NCBI RefSeq assembly: GCF_002571385.2
Contig: NW_019218148.1
Coordinates: 199,433 to 263,432, forward strand
Reading direction: 5' to 3'
DNA length: 64,000 bases
From: Stylophora pistillata
Taxonomy: Eukaryota
Shown here: one piece after another, positions 1 through 13,578 of the stretch
Numbering within the stretch: position 1 is the stretch's first letter
Layout of the letters: each line of letters opens with the position of its first letter
The notes under the pieces: generated by a model
The model's database searches: none
What the model saw: only the letters and a program-made list of their open reading frames with translations
Told to the model about the DNA's origin: nothing
Position numbers and translations under genes: made by a program

Positions 1-2237
1 GTCCTTTATGTAAATGTACACCTGTATTCATGTGATTGTAAAGGGGAACTACATGATAATTTGATACTTTGTGAGTGGGGTGAGGAAAAGTTTGGCAATG
101 GGGTTTTGACCATAAAATAAGGTGTTGTCACGGGCATCCTTCCTCATTTCTTATGGTAACCAAATCTTGAAAGCTATGCATCACTGTCGAACATGAAAGC
201 CAATTGCCACCAGAAATGGAGCCAGTTTCATGTGACAATACTATTTTAGTATCTAAATGTGGTTGCTAAACTTCTGTGACACCACACCAAACTGAAAATC
301 ATATTATTACTATGAAGATAGTATTGTCAATTGTAGTCAACAGTACTGAGACTCTTCTGTTGTTTGCTGATCTTCAGACTACTGGGCGGCTTGTAGATCT
401 TCCACGTTCAGTTTACACTGTGGATTTTGAGAGACATTCCCATCATCCAATCATTGCTGCTGGAACTTCCAACTTTGTTTATCTTGCTAAGAGGACATAA
501 GTTGGTTCATCATTTCTAGTTAATTCTAAAAGCTCTCTGAGATATACAGGGAAATTTGTCCCATACGATCAGATATGAATGTGCTTGCATTCCCTCTAGT
601 GTATTACTCCCTTACATAGGCGACAGGGGTACCGTCATAATTGTTACCCAACCCTGTCTTCCCAGTTTCTAAGAAACTTGCAATAGATTTTAGCTATTGA
701 TTTTTGGTCTGAAATATGGAAAGGGTTTGATACATTCTTTTTGTAGCACGAGTTTACAATAAGAAATGTTGTTTTCTTATAATTATATTAGTACAAATCT
801 GAATTGGTCCTTACAGACAATCTCCATTAGCAGAGAGTCTAAATGGGGAGATGACTTTAGCAGCTAACAGTTAAAAATTTTGGCTAGTTTATAGCTAACG
901 GTTAATATCCTTCCATTGTTGTCACCAGAATTGTTTTTACGGTTGACTTTTTTTTTTTACCACTAATGGTTAAAATATGTCACTTCTTAAGCCTAACAGC
1001 TAAATATTTCTTCATTTTTATGGCTAATGTTTAACCCCATTGAGATCCTCCTGCACTTTTGTGAAAAGGCAAGTTGTGAACTTCTACCGTGAAGTTGTTG
1101 AATGTAAATAGTGCAGACTTTTTGTTTAATCATAAATATTAGCATTATTTATAGCAGATTATATATTTTTGATTGACCTTACATATTAGCCAGTTATCAA
1201 TAATTCCACCCAATTTGATTGAAAAAAAAAAACATTGTACATGAAAATAAATGCTTGAATTAGTAAAGGAAGTATTTTTCTTTCCATGGAAGGAGATTAT
1301 TCAGAAGAACTAATTTTAACATTGGTTGACATGTACTTTTTGTAATACTTGTTCAATAACAAAGATTTTATCACAGAATGTGAGTTTTGTGAAACTAAAG
1401 CCTCCCATTCAAACAGCTTACAGCTGAACTGGGCCAGGTGAGTTAAATACTTTCCAGAATACATTAATAAATACATGTACCGTACATGCATAGAGGTGTG
1501 TACATATTATGGATACATTTTGTTTAGTACATGTTAATAATGATAGAAGAAAACAAAAAGGCAGGATTCAAATGTTTCCTCCCTTACAAAATATTAAACC
1601 AAAGCTTTAAGAAGTCAAAAACTTTAAATCATTGATTTTTCACTTAGCAATGAAAGTAAACTTTTACTATAGCCTTAGTTTAGTGGAAAATATGCTCAGG
1701 TATTTGCCTGTTATAGAAACAGAGCTGTTCTTTTTTTTTTTTTTGTTCGATATGATTACCTCTTGACTCATTATATAGCTTGTTCTGTTTCATGACACAA
1801 ACAGCCTCTCAATTGAACAATCAAATGAGCCAATAGCAGTTGTCTCATTAACAAAACAAAGTCTTTATTTTCTCTGAACTCAACTACATTGTAGACAAGC
1901 TGACACAAAGTAATCTGTGATCATGGAACACAAAATAAAGGACAAACTAATTAATTCAACAGTAATGCCCAAATTAAACTTATTTCCTGGCATGACAATG
2001 ACTTGAAGAATGAAAAAGCAAATTTTTGGTTTTCCGAGATTATCTTAATGCAAATGGAACAAAGTTACAAGGAAATTGACATTAAAGTGAACTTTAAACT
2101 GCTTGGTGCCCATACAGACCTGAAAAATATTGCAGGTACAGTGTACAGTTGGTCAAATGACCCACAGAGGTATGCTTTCTTCAAATAGTGTGACTAGCTA
2201 AGGCAGAAGTAAATCTGAAACTGAGCCTGTCTTCCCT

Positions 2238-3050
2238 TCACTCAGATTCATCATCAATGTAGACAGTCTGCACTAAATCATGGCTCCACTGAATATGTCT
2301 AGAATCTAGAGACAAGGTTGTTTCTGCTATTTCTTGATTCCTTCTTTTATATCGCTCCTGTCTTGATCTTGACACATCATACTTTTCCCATCTTTCTAAT
2401 TGAAGCTGGCGTTTTGCCCTTCTTGCCTGCTTCTGTGCTGGAGTGGAGGGGCGTGGCATATCATACAAAGGACTGTTGGGAGGGGAGGGTGAGTTGTGTT
2501 CAGTGTTGATTGTTAGATGAGTATCTGAAAATTGTACATTTGACATAGTGCTCAACTGCCCTAGCATTTCCCACTTGAATCTTGATGATGATCCCTTTAA
2601 ATTTTTAACTCTGGTCTGTTTTTCATCACCTTGTAGTTTCCTCTTGGGGCACGTCTCTGTCAGACTTGCTTTGGAGACGGAAGTGCAACTCTCAAAAGCT
2701 CTGTTATCTTGTTCTATTTCTGAGCGAGTAGACAACGAAGCTGGACGAAATTCAAACCCATCACATTCAGCTGAAGTAATTTTATTTTCTGTCACATCAA
2801 TTGTCTCTTCTCGTTGAGTTTTCCATTGCTCCTTCACATCTTGAGAATTCGAACATTCACTATTATGGATTTGTACCCTAATTCCATGAGCACCGACTGG
2901 GAATGCAAAATCGTGCAACAAAACTATTAAGGATGGCCCCTCACCAGAAAATTTGTTCCTTTTCATCTCACCTGGTTCCTCTTCTAGATTGAGACAATGT
3001 AAAGATTCTCTCACTTTCTCCCCGTTTAATCTGTTCCTTGTAACCACCAT
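2238..3050 (-). CDS. Single-exon 270-aa uncharacterised, probably disordered protein with C-terminal RVxF-like (RHIQW) motif
   Basis: 813-nt stop-free ORF in AT-rich DNA with a strong start context (gcaagATGG). It has an S/P-rich and basic helical region. An E2F-like TTTCCCGC lies at 3061-3068. No family recognised. Confidence 0.65.
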   Translation of the reverse strand: MVVTRNRLNGEKVRESLHCLNLEEEPGEMKRNKFSGEGPSLIVLLHDFAFPVGAHGIRVQIHNSECSNSQDVKEQWKTQREETIDVTENKITSAECDGFEFRPASLSTRSEIEQDNRAFESCTSVSKASLTETCPKRKLQGDEKQTRVKNLKGSSSRFKWEMLGQLSTMSNVQFSDTHLTINTEHNSPSPPNSPLYDMPRPSTPAQKQARRAKRQLQLERWEKYDVSRSRQERYKRRNQEIAETTLSLDSRHIQWSHDLVQTVYIDDESE

Positions 3051-3708
3051 CTTGCCTCGATTTCCCGCTTTGCGTTTACGAACGCTTCCACCCCCATTTA
3101 TCGTTGCTTCTTAGCGGATCGCCTAAAGAACCGGTGCCTTTCTCCCAAGAATATTAGGATTTTATCTCTTCTGTGTTTGTATTTCACGCGGAGAAGCGCT
3201 CTATTCAGAGTTGTCAAATCAACCCTTAAACGGCCATGTTCTTTTCAAAACAAACTCTTCCGAAGAGCCTGGAACGAGACAGTGTTTGTCCCACTCTGTC
3301 CCCGAAAAGTGTCCCGTTTCCCGTATCACGTATCTCCAGCCCGTCAACCAAAGCAAAGACTTATTACCTAGAACCCAATATTTTTACTTTCATTTGTTTA
3401 GGTCTGGTATACCGTTGGTAATAATTGACAGCAAAGATTCCTCAAACACAAAAACACCACAGCATCCATAAAATAATCATAAACTTCACCATAAGGGTAA
3501 AACTATTTAATATCTTTATTTTATTTCCATAATGAAAACGATAAGCCATATAGAGCTGTCCATTAAATTTTGAACCACTTATAATACACATTACTAGCTC
3601 ACAAACTTTTTTATCTACATGCACAGAGATACAGCAATTAATTTTTTTTCTAATATACAATAACACTAGATCTGCTATCACCAATTTGAAAATAATTGTA
3701 ACTATTTT

Positions 3709-6700
3709 TTAGAGACTTTTCTTAATTTTCATTCCCTTCACATTCCAAACAGCCCGCCATTCATCTGGGCCAAGATGTGTGCGTGAGGTTACCCAGCCAG
3801 CCTCTTCAAGGCCCTTAAGGAATGCTGGGAATTCCTGCAAAGTAAAATTATGGGCTAGTGCTACTAAGTCCCAAGAGCAATCAGACAGCTGGTTTCTTTC
3901 TGCAATTAAAAAGAAATTAGAAAAATTTTGGAATCACTGTCTCATAACAGATAAAACTAAGAAATTTCTAATCAATGTTGCTACCAGTTTTGGATCAGAT
4001 TAAGCTTAGTCAACTGTAGGTACACAATACAATTTGGACTTTACTCCCCCCCCCCTCACCCTAAAAAAAAGGAATTTAAATCATTGTTAAAATCAAATAA
4101 AATGAAGAGGATCAAATAGTCATTCTTCCTGGATCTAATAAGTATTCAGCTAAGTTATTGATTACTTTATTAAGAAACAGAATACTATGAGAAATAAAAT
4201 GCATTTCACCCTCTGAAGTTAAAAGCTTATCATGATAAAATAATAGTGTGTACATGTAACATAATTTGAAAGAGTTGATTGGCATGAATTGCAAATAAGA
4301 TTTCATTGGATTTTCGTGAACTTACCCCGCCACCAAAAATTATGTAGGGCCTCCAATGCTCTTTGACCTCCATCTAAGTCACTAAAAACCTTTCAAGAAA
4401 ATTATAGGGGAAATAGCAGGTAAATAGAGGTAAAATCAGATTTTTTCACCTTTACAAAATACAAAAATTAAAGGGGGCATAACAAAATACTATCACACAA
4501 ATATTATCAATCTTATTCTTATTTTAATCTTATTATCACAGAAGCAATCACATAGATATATGTTTGCTGTCTCACTTTACATTTTGTTGATCACTACACA
4601 TTACAATCATTTATCATTTTCTTTGTAATTAATGATTTTTGTGGCAACTTCTTTGTCTGTATATATGTATAGAATTAGATTGATAGTGAATTTTGAGATG
4701 ATTTTCAGTTGTATTTGCTTTGTAAAAGGCACAGGATGAAGAAAAGAGCTGAGTTCCCTCATAGAATTGACCCTCAGACCTTTAGAATTGCAACCCAATA
4801 CTCTACACCACTGAGCTTCCTAAAAGAACTCATTAAGAACTCAAAGGTGGGCCAGGTCATTTACTATGATAAGAGCTGATAGTTTCGAAAGAAACTGTTT
4901 GGGGCTGCGTCGGTGGGGGTAACGAAATAATTTGAATATATCAACAAAGTTGAAATTGGTAAATTGGCCACCGTAACGGTGGCCAATTTACCATTTCAAC
5001 TTTGTTGATATATTCATACTAAATAAGAATCTGTGACCAACCTACCTCAGATTGAACTCTAACTAGTGGCATGTAATGTTGGCATATCTTTACCTTTTTG
5101 ATCTGTGGTTTTGTGCGTATAACAAAATCAAGAGAACAGGCTTGAAAACAGCTCTGAAGATGATCTTTAGCATTGGAATCTTCGTGTAACACCACATGAA
5201 CAGCACCTTGATGGGGATGACAATCAGAGAAGAAGTCAGTATAACTTACAACAACAAAAACATTCAAATCTTGACTTTCTGGCTCAATAATTAGTGGCCA
5301 ATTACAAGCTATTTATAAAACTCTAAATCTTGTGCAAGGAAAAGAGACAATGTCAGGGAGAATCACCTGAATTTCTTCTTTGATTTAATGTTAGTTTCAT
5401 AATATACAGAGTGCTCTCAGAGTTTGGTAATGCAGCATCAAGATCACTAACACTGAAAGGTACAAAACAATGTTACATTGTCAAAAGAGAAAGCAAGTTA
5501 AACTAACAACTCAATATAACATTTGCATTTGAACTAAGGAAGTAACTATACCTATTTATGACGGAAACAATTTCTGTCCCTAAATGAATTCTCAGACATT
5601 CCCCTGTACTACGACCTGAAAAATATAGAAACATGCCCATTTCATCATTATATTAAACTCCACGGAACAATCACAGAATCACATGTGGACCAAGCAGTCA
5701 CATTTATTTCAAGACATTTTACCAAATATAACAGGTTCCCCGCCACCCACTTCCTTTGGAGTCATTATGTGCCCTGTTGACAGGAACTCAGTGACGAGAA
5801 GGTGCAGGCGAGGCAGACTGACTGTTTCCATGACAACAGACGACACAGCTCGGAAATTTGCATAAAGGTGTAGAAATGTGAAGATGAAAAACAGAGTCCA
5901 AGTGAGGCTGAAATAAAAGAAAAAGCAAGATTAGTGTTATGATAAATCAACAAAAAAGAATAAATTTAAGTTTCTAATTAAAGTTAATCATTATAACCCT
6001 TAATTCCCCAAGGTTGACTGGGACCTAATTTTTCTAAACAGCTTTTTTCCTGAATCAGACATTTAAAGGTCCTATGGAAAATGATGGCAAACTAAAGAAG
6101 CTTGTGATTCTCAAACAGATACTCCATGTCAGCACCATAGGAAATGCAAATTTAAGATAACAGTGTAGACAATATAAATTTTGATATTAAGGTAATGGTA
6201 TAAAGGGATAATAAAACAATTTTCTCTGTTCCTCCCAGTCCCAAACTCAGGGAAATTTACAAATGATATGACAATGCAAAGTCTGGCAATTTCAGCAGCC
6301 ACAAACTCTAAATGTCCAAGATAGATAGTTGCAAATTACAAACCTCTCAAACAAAATCTGTCTTACTGTAAGAGTGCAAGGAAACTGTGAGGGAATGAAT
6401 ACATACTGGTATATATTTTTATAAAAGGATGAGTTTTTAGACTTACAGAGGATTCCCTGAGACCAAAGGTGTGATGATCAGACCAGCTATAAGTGCCATC
6501 AGATTTACTAAAGTCTCCTGCATAAATGATGAGCATGGGACAAATAAGGTTGCTTCTAATTAATAAAAAAAAATTACCAACTCAGAGTAGTTTGTTCAAT
6601 AAGAAACCAGTTAATAATGAAAATCACCTCAGGATTGGCAAGCTGCCTTTTCTGCAGTTTGCAAACACAACTGCATAATAAAAAAAGGGCTTTTACATGC

Positions 6701-9700
6701 AAAACATGTTACCTGGCTTCCATCTTTAGCAGCAACATCAGCCATGTTGTCCCTTCTAGCCTGGTGCTGAGTCATAGCAGCTCTTGTGGCACCTCCTGCC
6801 ACGCCCACTATGGACTGGGTTCATTCCACATCCCATCACAAAGAAAAATGAGAGTAGTAGTACCAAACTAGTACCAAAAACTGATTACATTGTTATCAAG
6901 GTACATGTGTCTTACTGACATTGCCATAACAAGAAGTCATAAGAAACACAGGTTGCGAAATGTGATCAGTACCTTTGATATACTTGATAAACATGCCAGA
7001 AAAGTGAAATATGTTTTAAATAATGGAGCCAACATCTCTATCAGGATTGACGTGTCATTCAGAATATCAGCAAACAATCTATGTATTAAGAAATTCCAAA
7101 TTACGAAAAAAAAAAAAACATTCATTAGTAAAACAAACCAGTTAGCAGTACTTTTTTAAAAAATATTTATTAAAAGCTTTTATTCATTTACAATATGCAT
7201 AAATCATAGTTAAATGTTTGAGGTAAAATAGCACACACACTGTTATAGCTCATAAAATTTTCTTGTTTGGGCATTTTTGCCAGGTATATTTACTCTCCCC
7301 ACCCTGGATGGGATGCTCATCCATTCCAGGTCATCCCTTAACTTTTTTCAGGTTTCACTAACAGTTCACCAGAACTCATTTCTACTCCTGGGTGGAAAGA
7401 GGCATTGTGAGAGTAAAATGTGGCCCCCAACAACATAACATAATGAGTCCGCTAGGGCCAGAACCCAGACTTCTCAAGCCAGCACACTGATCATACTGCA
7501 TCTCCCAAGGACAATCATACTGATTATTTGCACATTGAAGCAAAAAATTATTCAATATTAGGATAACAGCAACACCATAAGTCTGTCCTCTTGTAGGGCA
7601 TACCTCCATTTCTTTGCATTGCAATCCAAATTACTCCTAAAGGGACAAAACATTAACATCCTGTGATAAATAATATGTTGCAATTATAATTGTTAACTTT
7701 CCACAAAGAAAACTTGAGTTGAAGAAAAAGGAGAGGAAAAACCCAAAGAAAAGGCTGATAAACCACTATTGAATGTCATATTGTCTTAAGTTTACTTGCA
7801 AGACAAAGGGAAAAGTTGATAATGAAACAAGAGTAACTCAGGGTCTTTTTCATTGCTCTCCCAAAGTAATGTGTTCAAAGTCAGTTTCCGTACCCTTGGA
7901 ACCATGCAAAAAGAATACTTCCTATCATGCCTGTCCCACCTGAAAAAAAAAATCCACACTAACATCACAATATAAACAGTTAAAATATATCAGATTCTCC
8001 TATCTACAATTTAGATACACAAATATCTCGGCAATTGAACTTATAAAAGCAACCAAACGAATCTAAAGGAAAGAAGTGTAGAATTTAGCATTCTCTGCAT
8101 TTTATTTCAGTTCATTAGCATTCCTTTGGGAATATGTTTTGTTTTTCTTTCCTGAGTTCGGTATAACTTACATGTTGTTAATATTCTAGCCTTTTAGTTT
8201 CATCACTGATTTTATCGAGAGAACATCTTGTCTTAAGAGAACATCTGGTTTAGAGCTGCCTTTTCGCGGCCTACAGCGCCAATACAGTGTAACTTCCTAG
8301 CTATTATGTTCATTGCGTTCGCTTTAGCCGCCTTTCAGTTTTATATTTCTGCATTTTGTAAGCTTGAATTTTTTGTTGGTTCTTCATTAGTTCAAACCTC
8401 TCCCTCCGATCGAGCGTTTGTAATCACTGCTGTAAGACTTGCCTTTTGGCACTAACAAGAAGCTTACTTCCACTGCATAAAATGTGAAATACATAGTTCA
8501 ATCTGCCTTCAATCAGTTGGGAGGGAAGGGGAAAAACACATCTTAAGCACAAGTTTACACATGAACCTTAACTAGAGTCATCTCAAATGAATATGGTATG
8601 CTTCTACAGTTGCTGGTGTATTTATATATCAAGTGTCTAGCTTACATGCCACTCTCATCAAACATCTTAAGTAAAATATAAGTTATTGTCAGATATCTCA
8701 CTTCTTAAAATCCATGTTATAGTTGCTGCAAGGGCTGTAGCTTTTTCATCACCAACACCATAGCCCTTTAACATGGCTTGTGTGGCAAGGGTACCAGTTA
8801 TTGAAGAACAAAATGCCTAACATACAAGTAAAACAAGTTAGCATCCAATATTTTTCTGCCTTACAGCTTTAAACATGAACGACCAGTATTTATTGACCTC
8901 CTGTAACAGAAACAACCATCTTTTCTTTGGTCATGGGTGTTGATCTACTCTATTCCAAGTTAACTGTCAAACTCAAAGGAATGGTTAACATGTAACTATA
9001 ATATCCATACATTATCCAGTAAACAGATAGTGAGAATACTCAAACTTATGAGGTAGAAGTTGTTACCCCGCTCTAAAATCAAATTCTTGCATGTAATTTA
9101 CAAGGAAATGTGTAACAACCAGAGGGGAGAATTAACAATCAGATCTTGGGAGTTAATTAGAGTTAAGAGATGGTTTGGGAGTACTCAGAGGATTACTGTC
9201 CAGCAATTTACAGGGAAGGATTAACGAGACAGGGAGATAAATGAATCAAAAACTGATCTATAGACTTAATTACCTGCATGGTATCCCATATTTGGTATTC
9301 CAAGTAATCTTTGCTGACACTGTCTGGGTAGCCTTGTGGGAGAAAGGCACACTACAAAAGATACAGCCAATCTTTAATACAACATTATACACTAAAATCA
9401 TGGTACAAATCATATCATGCAGTCTGCAGTGGGAGAGGGCTAAGTAATCTCCTCCCTCCCCCCCTGCACCTCCCCTCTCCCCCATCCCCTCCCTGGATGG
9501 GTGAAAAGAATGTAGGGCTGGGCAATCCATGACACAATTTCTGTTACCCCTGTAGGTATTGCATCAAGAAAAGCTTCTCTTCTGTCATCCTCTGCTTACC
9601 TATTCTTAAAAGTATTGGCAATTAAATAAGCTCAAAATAGAGACGCCTGTCTTTTTTTCATTCGAACATTTGTTCCTGTTTCTCTGAGAAGCGCTTGAAA

Positions 9701-10039
9701 AATTGTTCATCCCGCTCTATCCATGCATGCATGCAGTATTTCATGCGTTTTGCTGGAATCATGGGGTCATGGTGAGGGCTTCCCTAAAATCTGCAACAAT
9801 TTGCTCTCAATCTAAAATCAGTGGTGACTACGGGCTTGGGAATTAATACTTCGGCTTTTTTTGCAGTTGCAAGGCCTACAAAGCTGAAATACCTTGAAAA
9901 ACTGCCTCACTGAGGTAGCTAGAGTATCTCTCTTCCTTCCTATTCTTTCTATATTTCCACTTTCTGCAGAAAATCTATATTTTCTCTCTCCGCTGCCCGA
10001 TCCATACTTCTCCGTAACAACTGCAAATTCATCCGCCAT
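3709..10039 (-). CDS. RUSF1: RUS1 family (DUF647) protein, RUSF1/C16orf58 orthologue
   Basis: Phase-consistent exons 10039-9893, 9351-9274 (AFLPQGYPDSVSKDYLEYQIWDTMQ), 8816-8702 (AFCSSITGTLATQAMLKGYGVG), 7939-7894, 7636-7604 (LDCNAKKWR), 7078-6973 (LFADILND), 6814-6713 (GVAGGATRAAMTQHQARRDNMADVAAKDGSQ), 6517-6447, 5907-5723, 5615-5552, 5452-5367, 5206-5094 and last exon 3899-3709 (FPAFLKGLEEAGW...DEWRAVW). One small phase 0-to-1 exon is needed between 5094 and 3899 (candidate ~4659-4608, uncertain). AATAAA on the minus strand at ~3515-3520. Confidence 0.93.
4933..5016. repeat. Penelope pLTR remnant forming ~41-bp-arm hairpin in RUSF1 intron
   Basis: TGAATATATCAACAAAGTTGAAAT.GGTAAATTGGCCACCGT and its reverse complement. 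Same motif as the termini of the 54324-56051 element. Confidence 0.7.
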
Positions 10040-10164
10040 CTTGCCACGGTGCAATGGCATCTACCGCTGACAAAAGTTAGCTCGATCCAGTACCTTCTCA
10101 TTATCAATTTTAATATGGCGGATTCGAACTTGGGTCGCTAGTGAGATTACACGATCAAGTACAC
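10040..10164. promoter_or_regulatory. Compact bidirectional promoter region RUSF1/NIF3L1
   Basis: Divergent start codons lie 125 bp apart. YY1-like AANATGGCG motifs occur on both strands (at the RUSF1 ATG and at 10112-10120). Confidence 0.65.
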
Positions 10165-12264
10165 ATGACCTTTCTAATCGCAAGGTCTTCTGCATTCTCT
10201 CAAAGAATTTTTAGTAGTCTTAATCTGTCGAGATCTCGTTATTACAGTTCGATGGATCTCAAAGACGTCGTGAAAAAGCTGCACGAGTTTGCGCCCCTGC
10301 AGCTAGCTGAAGACTGGGACAATGTTGGCTTACTCGTCGAACCATCGCCACCTCATTTTGTAAAATCGCTACTTCTAACTAACGATCTGACTGAAAAAGT
10401 GGTACAAGAAGCTATTGAAGAAGATGTAAATATGGTTATATCGTATCACCCGCCGATATTTAAGCCACTCAAACGTCTCACTTCAAAATCGTTCAAGGAA
10501 AGAATCATAGTGAAAATGATAGAGAATAAAATAGCCGTTTACTCTCCGCACACAGCTTTTGATGCGATTAAAAATGGCGTCAACGACTGGCTCGCCTCAG
10601 GTCTCGGAAGTGCAGAGGTGGAACCCCTTCAATGTTCTAAAGGATCTGGTTCTTGTCGGTACAAAGTAGTGACAGGTATTTACAAAGTATTGACCAATCA
10701 GGTAGCAGATAGTACATCTAAGCTTCAAGACAGCCTCAAAAGACTCAATGGAGTGGACAGGACTGAGGTTGAAGCTGCAACAAAGTAAGCCTTGATCTTC
10801 CTAAAAAATTAGATAGATAGAATGCCTTTTTTTGACCCTCTAACTCCCAAGATCTGATTGTTAATTCTCCCCCCTAGCTTCTGAAAATTTCATTTTAAAT
10901 TGATGAAAATTTTTTGTTACATCAAGATAACTTCTACATGATTAATTTGAATATTCTCATTACCTTCTTGCTGGATAATTAATGAATGTCATGGAGAGAA
11001 GTTACATGTTAATCACCTCTCAAGCTTAAGATATGTTGAGGGGTGAAAAGATTTCTCCTGTTCCCCTGAGTTCAACCTCCTCCACCCTTCCCCCCCCCCC
11101 ACTCAGCCAAACTATAAGAGCTTTCTCATGTACACATGTAGTGAACCTATAAGGGCAAATTTTTCTTTGCTGTGAAATGTTTAAACATTTTTTTAAAATG
11201 TCATCCTTCACAAATGTCATTTGATTGTTTAATGCACAGACTCATTGCATGTTTTTTATACTATACAGACCAGATGGTTCTGCAAAAGATATAATTTCAG
11301 TACACTGCACTGAGACTGGCCTGGTCAATATCTTTCAGTTGTTGACATCTCAGTTTCCTGAAACTGTTAGTAAAACAGAAGTGATTCCTTTAGCTCAGGT
11401 AGGGCTGAAAAGTGCACAAAACAACAGATGAGTTTATATTTATCTATATACCTCCATCCATAACTGTCCACTAGGCACCCCCCCCCCCCCATGTACAGCT
11501 TCCATCTGTGATTTCCAATCTTCATGATCTTCCACAATGACTTGCAGCTTTTGAATACTTTTCATAGCAGTATCTTCAAGCTATAAATCTCCATGGGTGA
11601 TTTTTGTTTTCTATACTTGTCCTTCTTTCAGTCGGCAAACAGGGCACCTAAACCTTCCTTTATTCCAAAGTATGTGTTAAATACCTATGGAAACCTCAAC
11701 AGCTGAAGGACCTCACTTTTTAAGGCTTCATGCCCAAAGAAGGGCTATATAATTTTTTCTTTCTGTTTTTATCAAAAGAACATAACTTCAAAACATTTTG
11801 ATCAACTCATCTTCCTTATCCAAATTTCTTGTCCTCAGATTCCACTTTTGGGAACTGGCCAAGGAAGGCTCTGCACCCTACAGACACCAGTTACTCTGTC
11901 AGAATTGATAAACCGCATCAAAAACCACCTTAATTTGAAACATGTTCGTCTTGCTGTGGCACATGCAAGTATTTCTGAACTAACTGATCCTCTTCACAGC
12001 CATGTTCAGACTATTGCAATCTGTGCCGGGTCAGGAGCTGGTTTACTGCAAGGAACAAAAGCTGATGTATATTTGACAGGAGAAATGTCACATCATGAAG
12101 TTCTTGAAGCAGTGTCGAATGGAGTACATGTGGTCTTATGTGAACACAGAAACACAGAACGTGGTTTCTTATTGGAATTTAAGACAAAATTGAATGGTTT
12201 GCTAGAAGGGAAGGTTAATATTTTGGTTTCTTCACATGATGCAGATCCACTTCAAGTGGTATAG
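10165..12264 (+). CDS. NIF3L1: NIF3-like protein 1 (DUF34), ~391 aa, 3 exons
   Basis: Exons 10165-10784, 11269-11398 and 11839-12264 total 1176 nt. Motifs AEDWDNVGLLVEP, SYHPPIF, YSPHTAFD, AICAGSG, YLTGEMSHH, EHRNTERGFL and DADPL. An R/S-rich leader precedes a second Met at 10252 (MDLK). Confidence 0.96.
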
Positions 12265-13578
12265 GAAACCATCCTTTTGAAATTCATCAAAGCCCATCAA
12301 CTCCCAAGAGTGATCAAATGAGAATATCTCCTCACTATACCAAGAAGACAAGTGATAAAAAGAAAGAGAAATATCAATCAGGGGATTATTAGTTGATCAA
12401 ATACCAAATTCTCTGAACTAACATCCTAAAAACTGTATGGCATCAGTGACGTGAATAACCAGTTAGATCTTGGGAGGGAGAGGATTAAGACCACAAATGG
12501 TTGGAATTGCCAACTAGACATGATTAGGAACTTTTGATTTTAAGGTAGACATCTGGATTTATAACATAACCAAAGTAAAGCGCACGCTCTGATTGGTCAA
12601 TTTAGCGTCCCCCATTTGCCCATGGGTGTACGCTGCTGACGTGAGCAAATGCAAAGACTATTTTTCCGCGCGCGCTTGTTTTTTCTGGTCACGTAAGATT
12701 TGTTAAATAAAAGGGAACTCTTTAGCTACAATGTATCAATGTTATGTTATAAAACAAATGGTAAAATAGTCCTCAATGTGCAAAATTTTAAAACTGAACT
12801 TTCTAAGATGGTATTGGCCAGTCTTGAACATGTCTCTCTCAGAGGGAATTGTCTGTTATTTTTCCTCAGTGTTAAAAACCTCTAAGAGTGACTAGCATCT
12901 AATTTCTCCTTACCATATCACCCCTTAATCAAATATTAAGGTTACGAGATTTAAGGAAAAAATCACCCACTGAATAAGCACCTCAGGAAATGTATAGAGA
13001 ACATGACTGTTGGGGAATATGTATACTGTTGCTAGGGTGTAAAAGGTTAAGCATATGAGAATTTTTTTCAAGATTTTCGTTGCCACGCTTTAAGATGTAA
13101 GAAGTAAATCTGCAAATGAAAAATCCCCAGGCACTTATTTCTTGTTGTTTTTAGAAAATATCCCCAGCCCCCCCTTAAAAGGCAGTGCAGGTAAAATTGA
13201 CAAGTAGATGAGGGTGAACAAAATAAACGGAAAACAATAAAAGCCGAGAACGGCAAATACAAGACAAAACCAAGTGCAACTTTGAATAGCTTTATTGAGT
13301 GTCAAAACTACAGAACTACCATTTCACTTAAAGCAGAGAAGGTATAAACTTTTAACATTAAGGAAGCCCCAACAAACAAAGTGAATGATACAAAATTATT
13401 TTAGATGCTCTTAACAATGATATGATAAAAACTAGGTGAGCAAATATGTTGCACATTAGTAAAAAGTCCTAAAAGATACAAAAGTAGCAGAAAGCTAGCA
13501 TCTTAAAGTAAATTTGGCCTTCAGCGCTAATTTTGAACCCCCCAGAGTTTTCGTTGACTGTGAATCATGTCGAGACAT

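Noticed and set aside
1-500. ORF 276-500 ending VYTVDF..HPIIAAGTSNFVYL, reminiscent of a WD40 blade
   Set aside because: Upstream frames contain stops and no convincing splice acceptor was found. It may be a pseudogene tail cut by the window edge but cannot be supported.
12142-12160. NIF3L1 EHRNTER instead of the usual EHSNTER
   Set aside because: A single-base difference with the metal-binding His and Glu intact. It could be a polymorphism or sequencing error.
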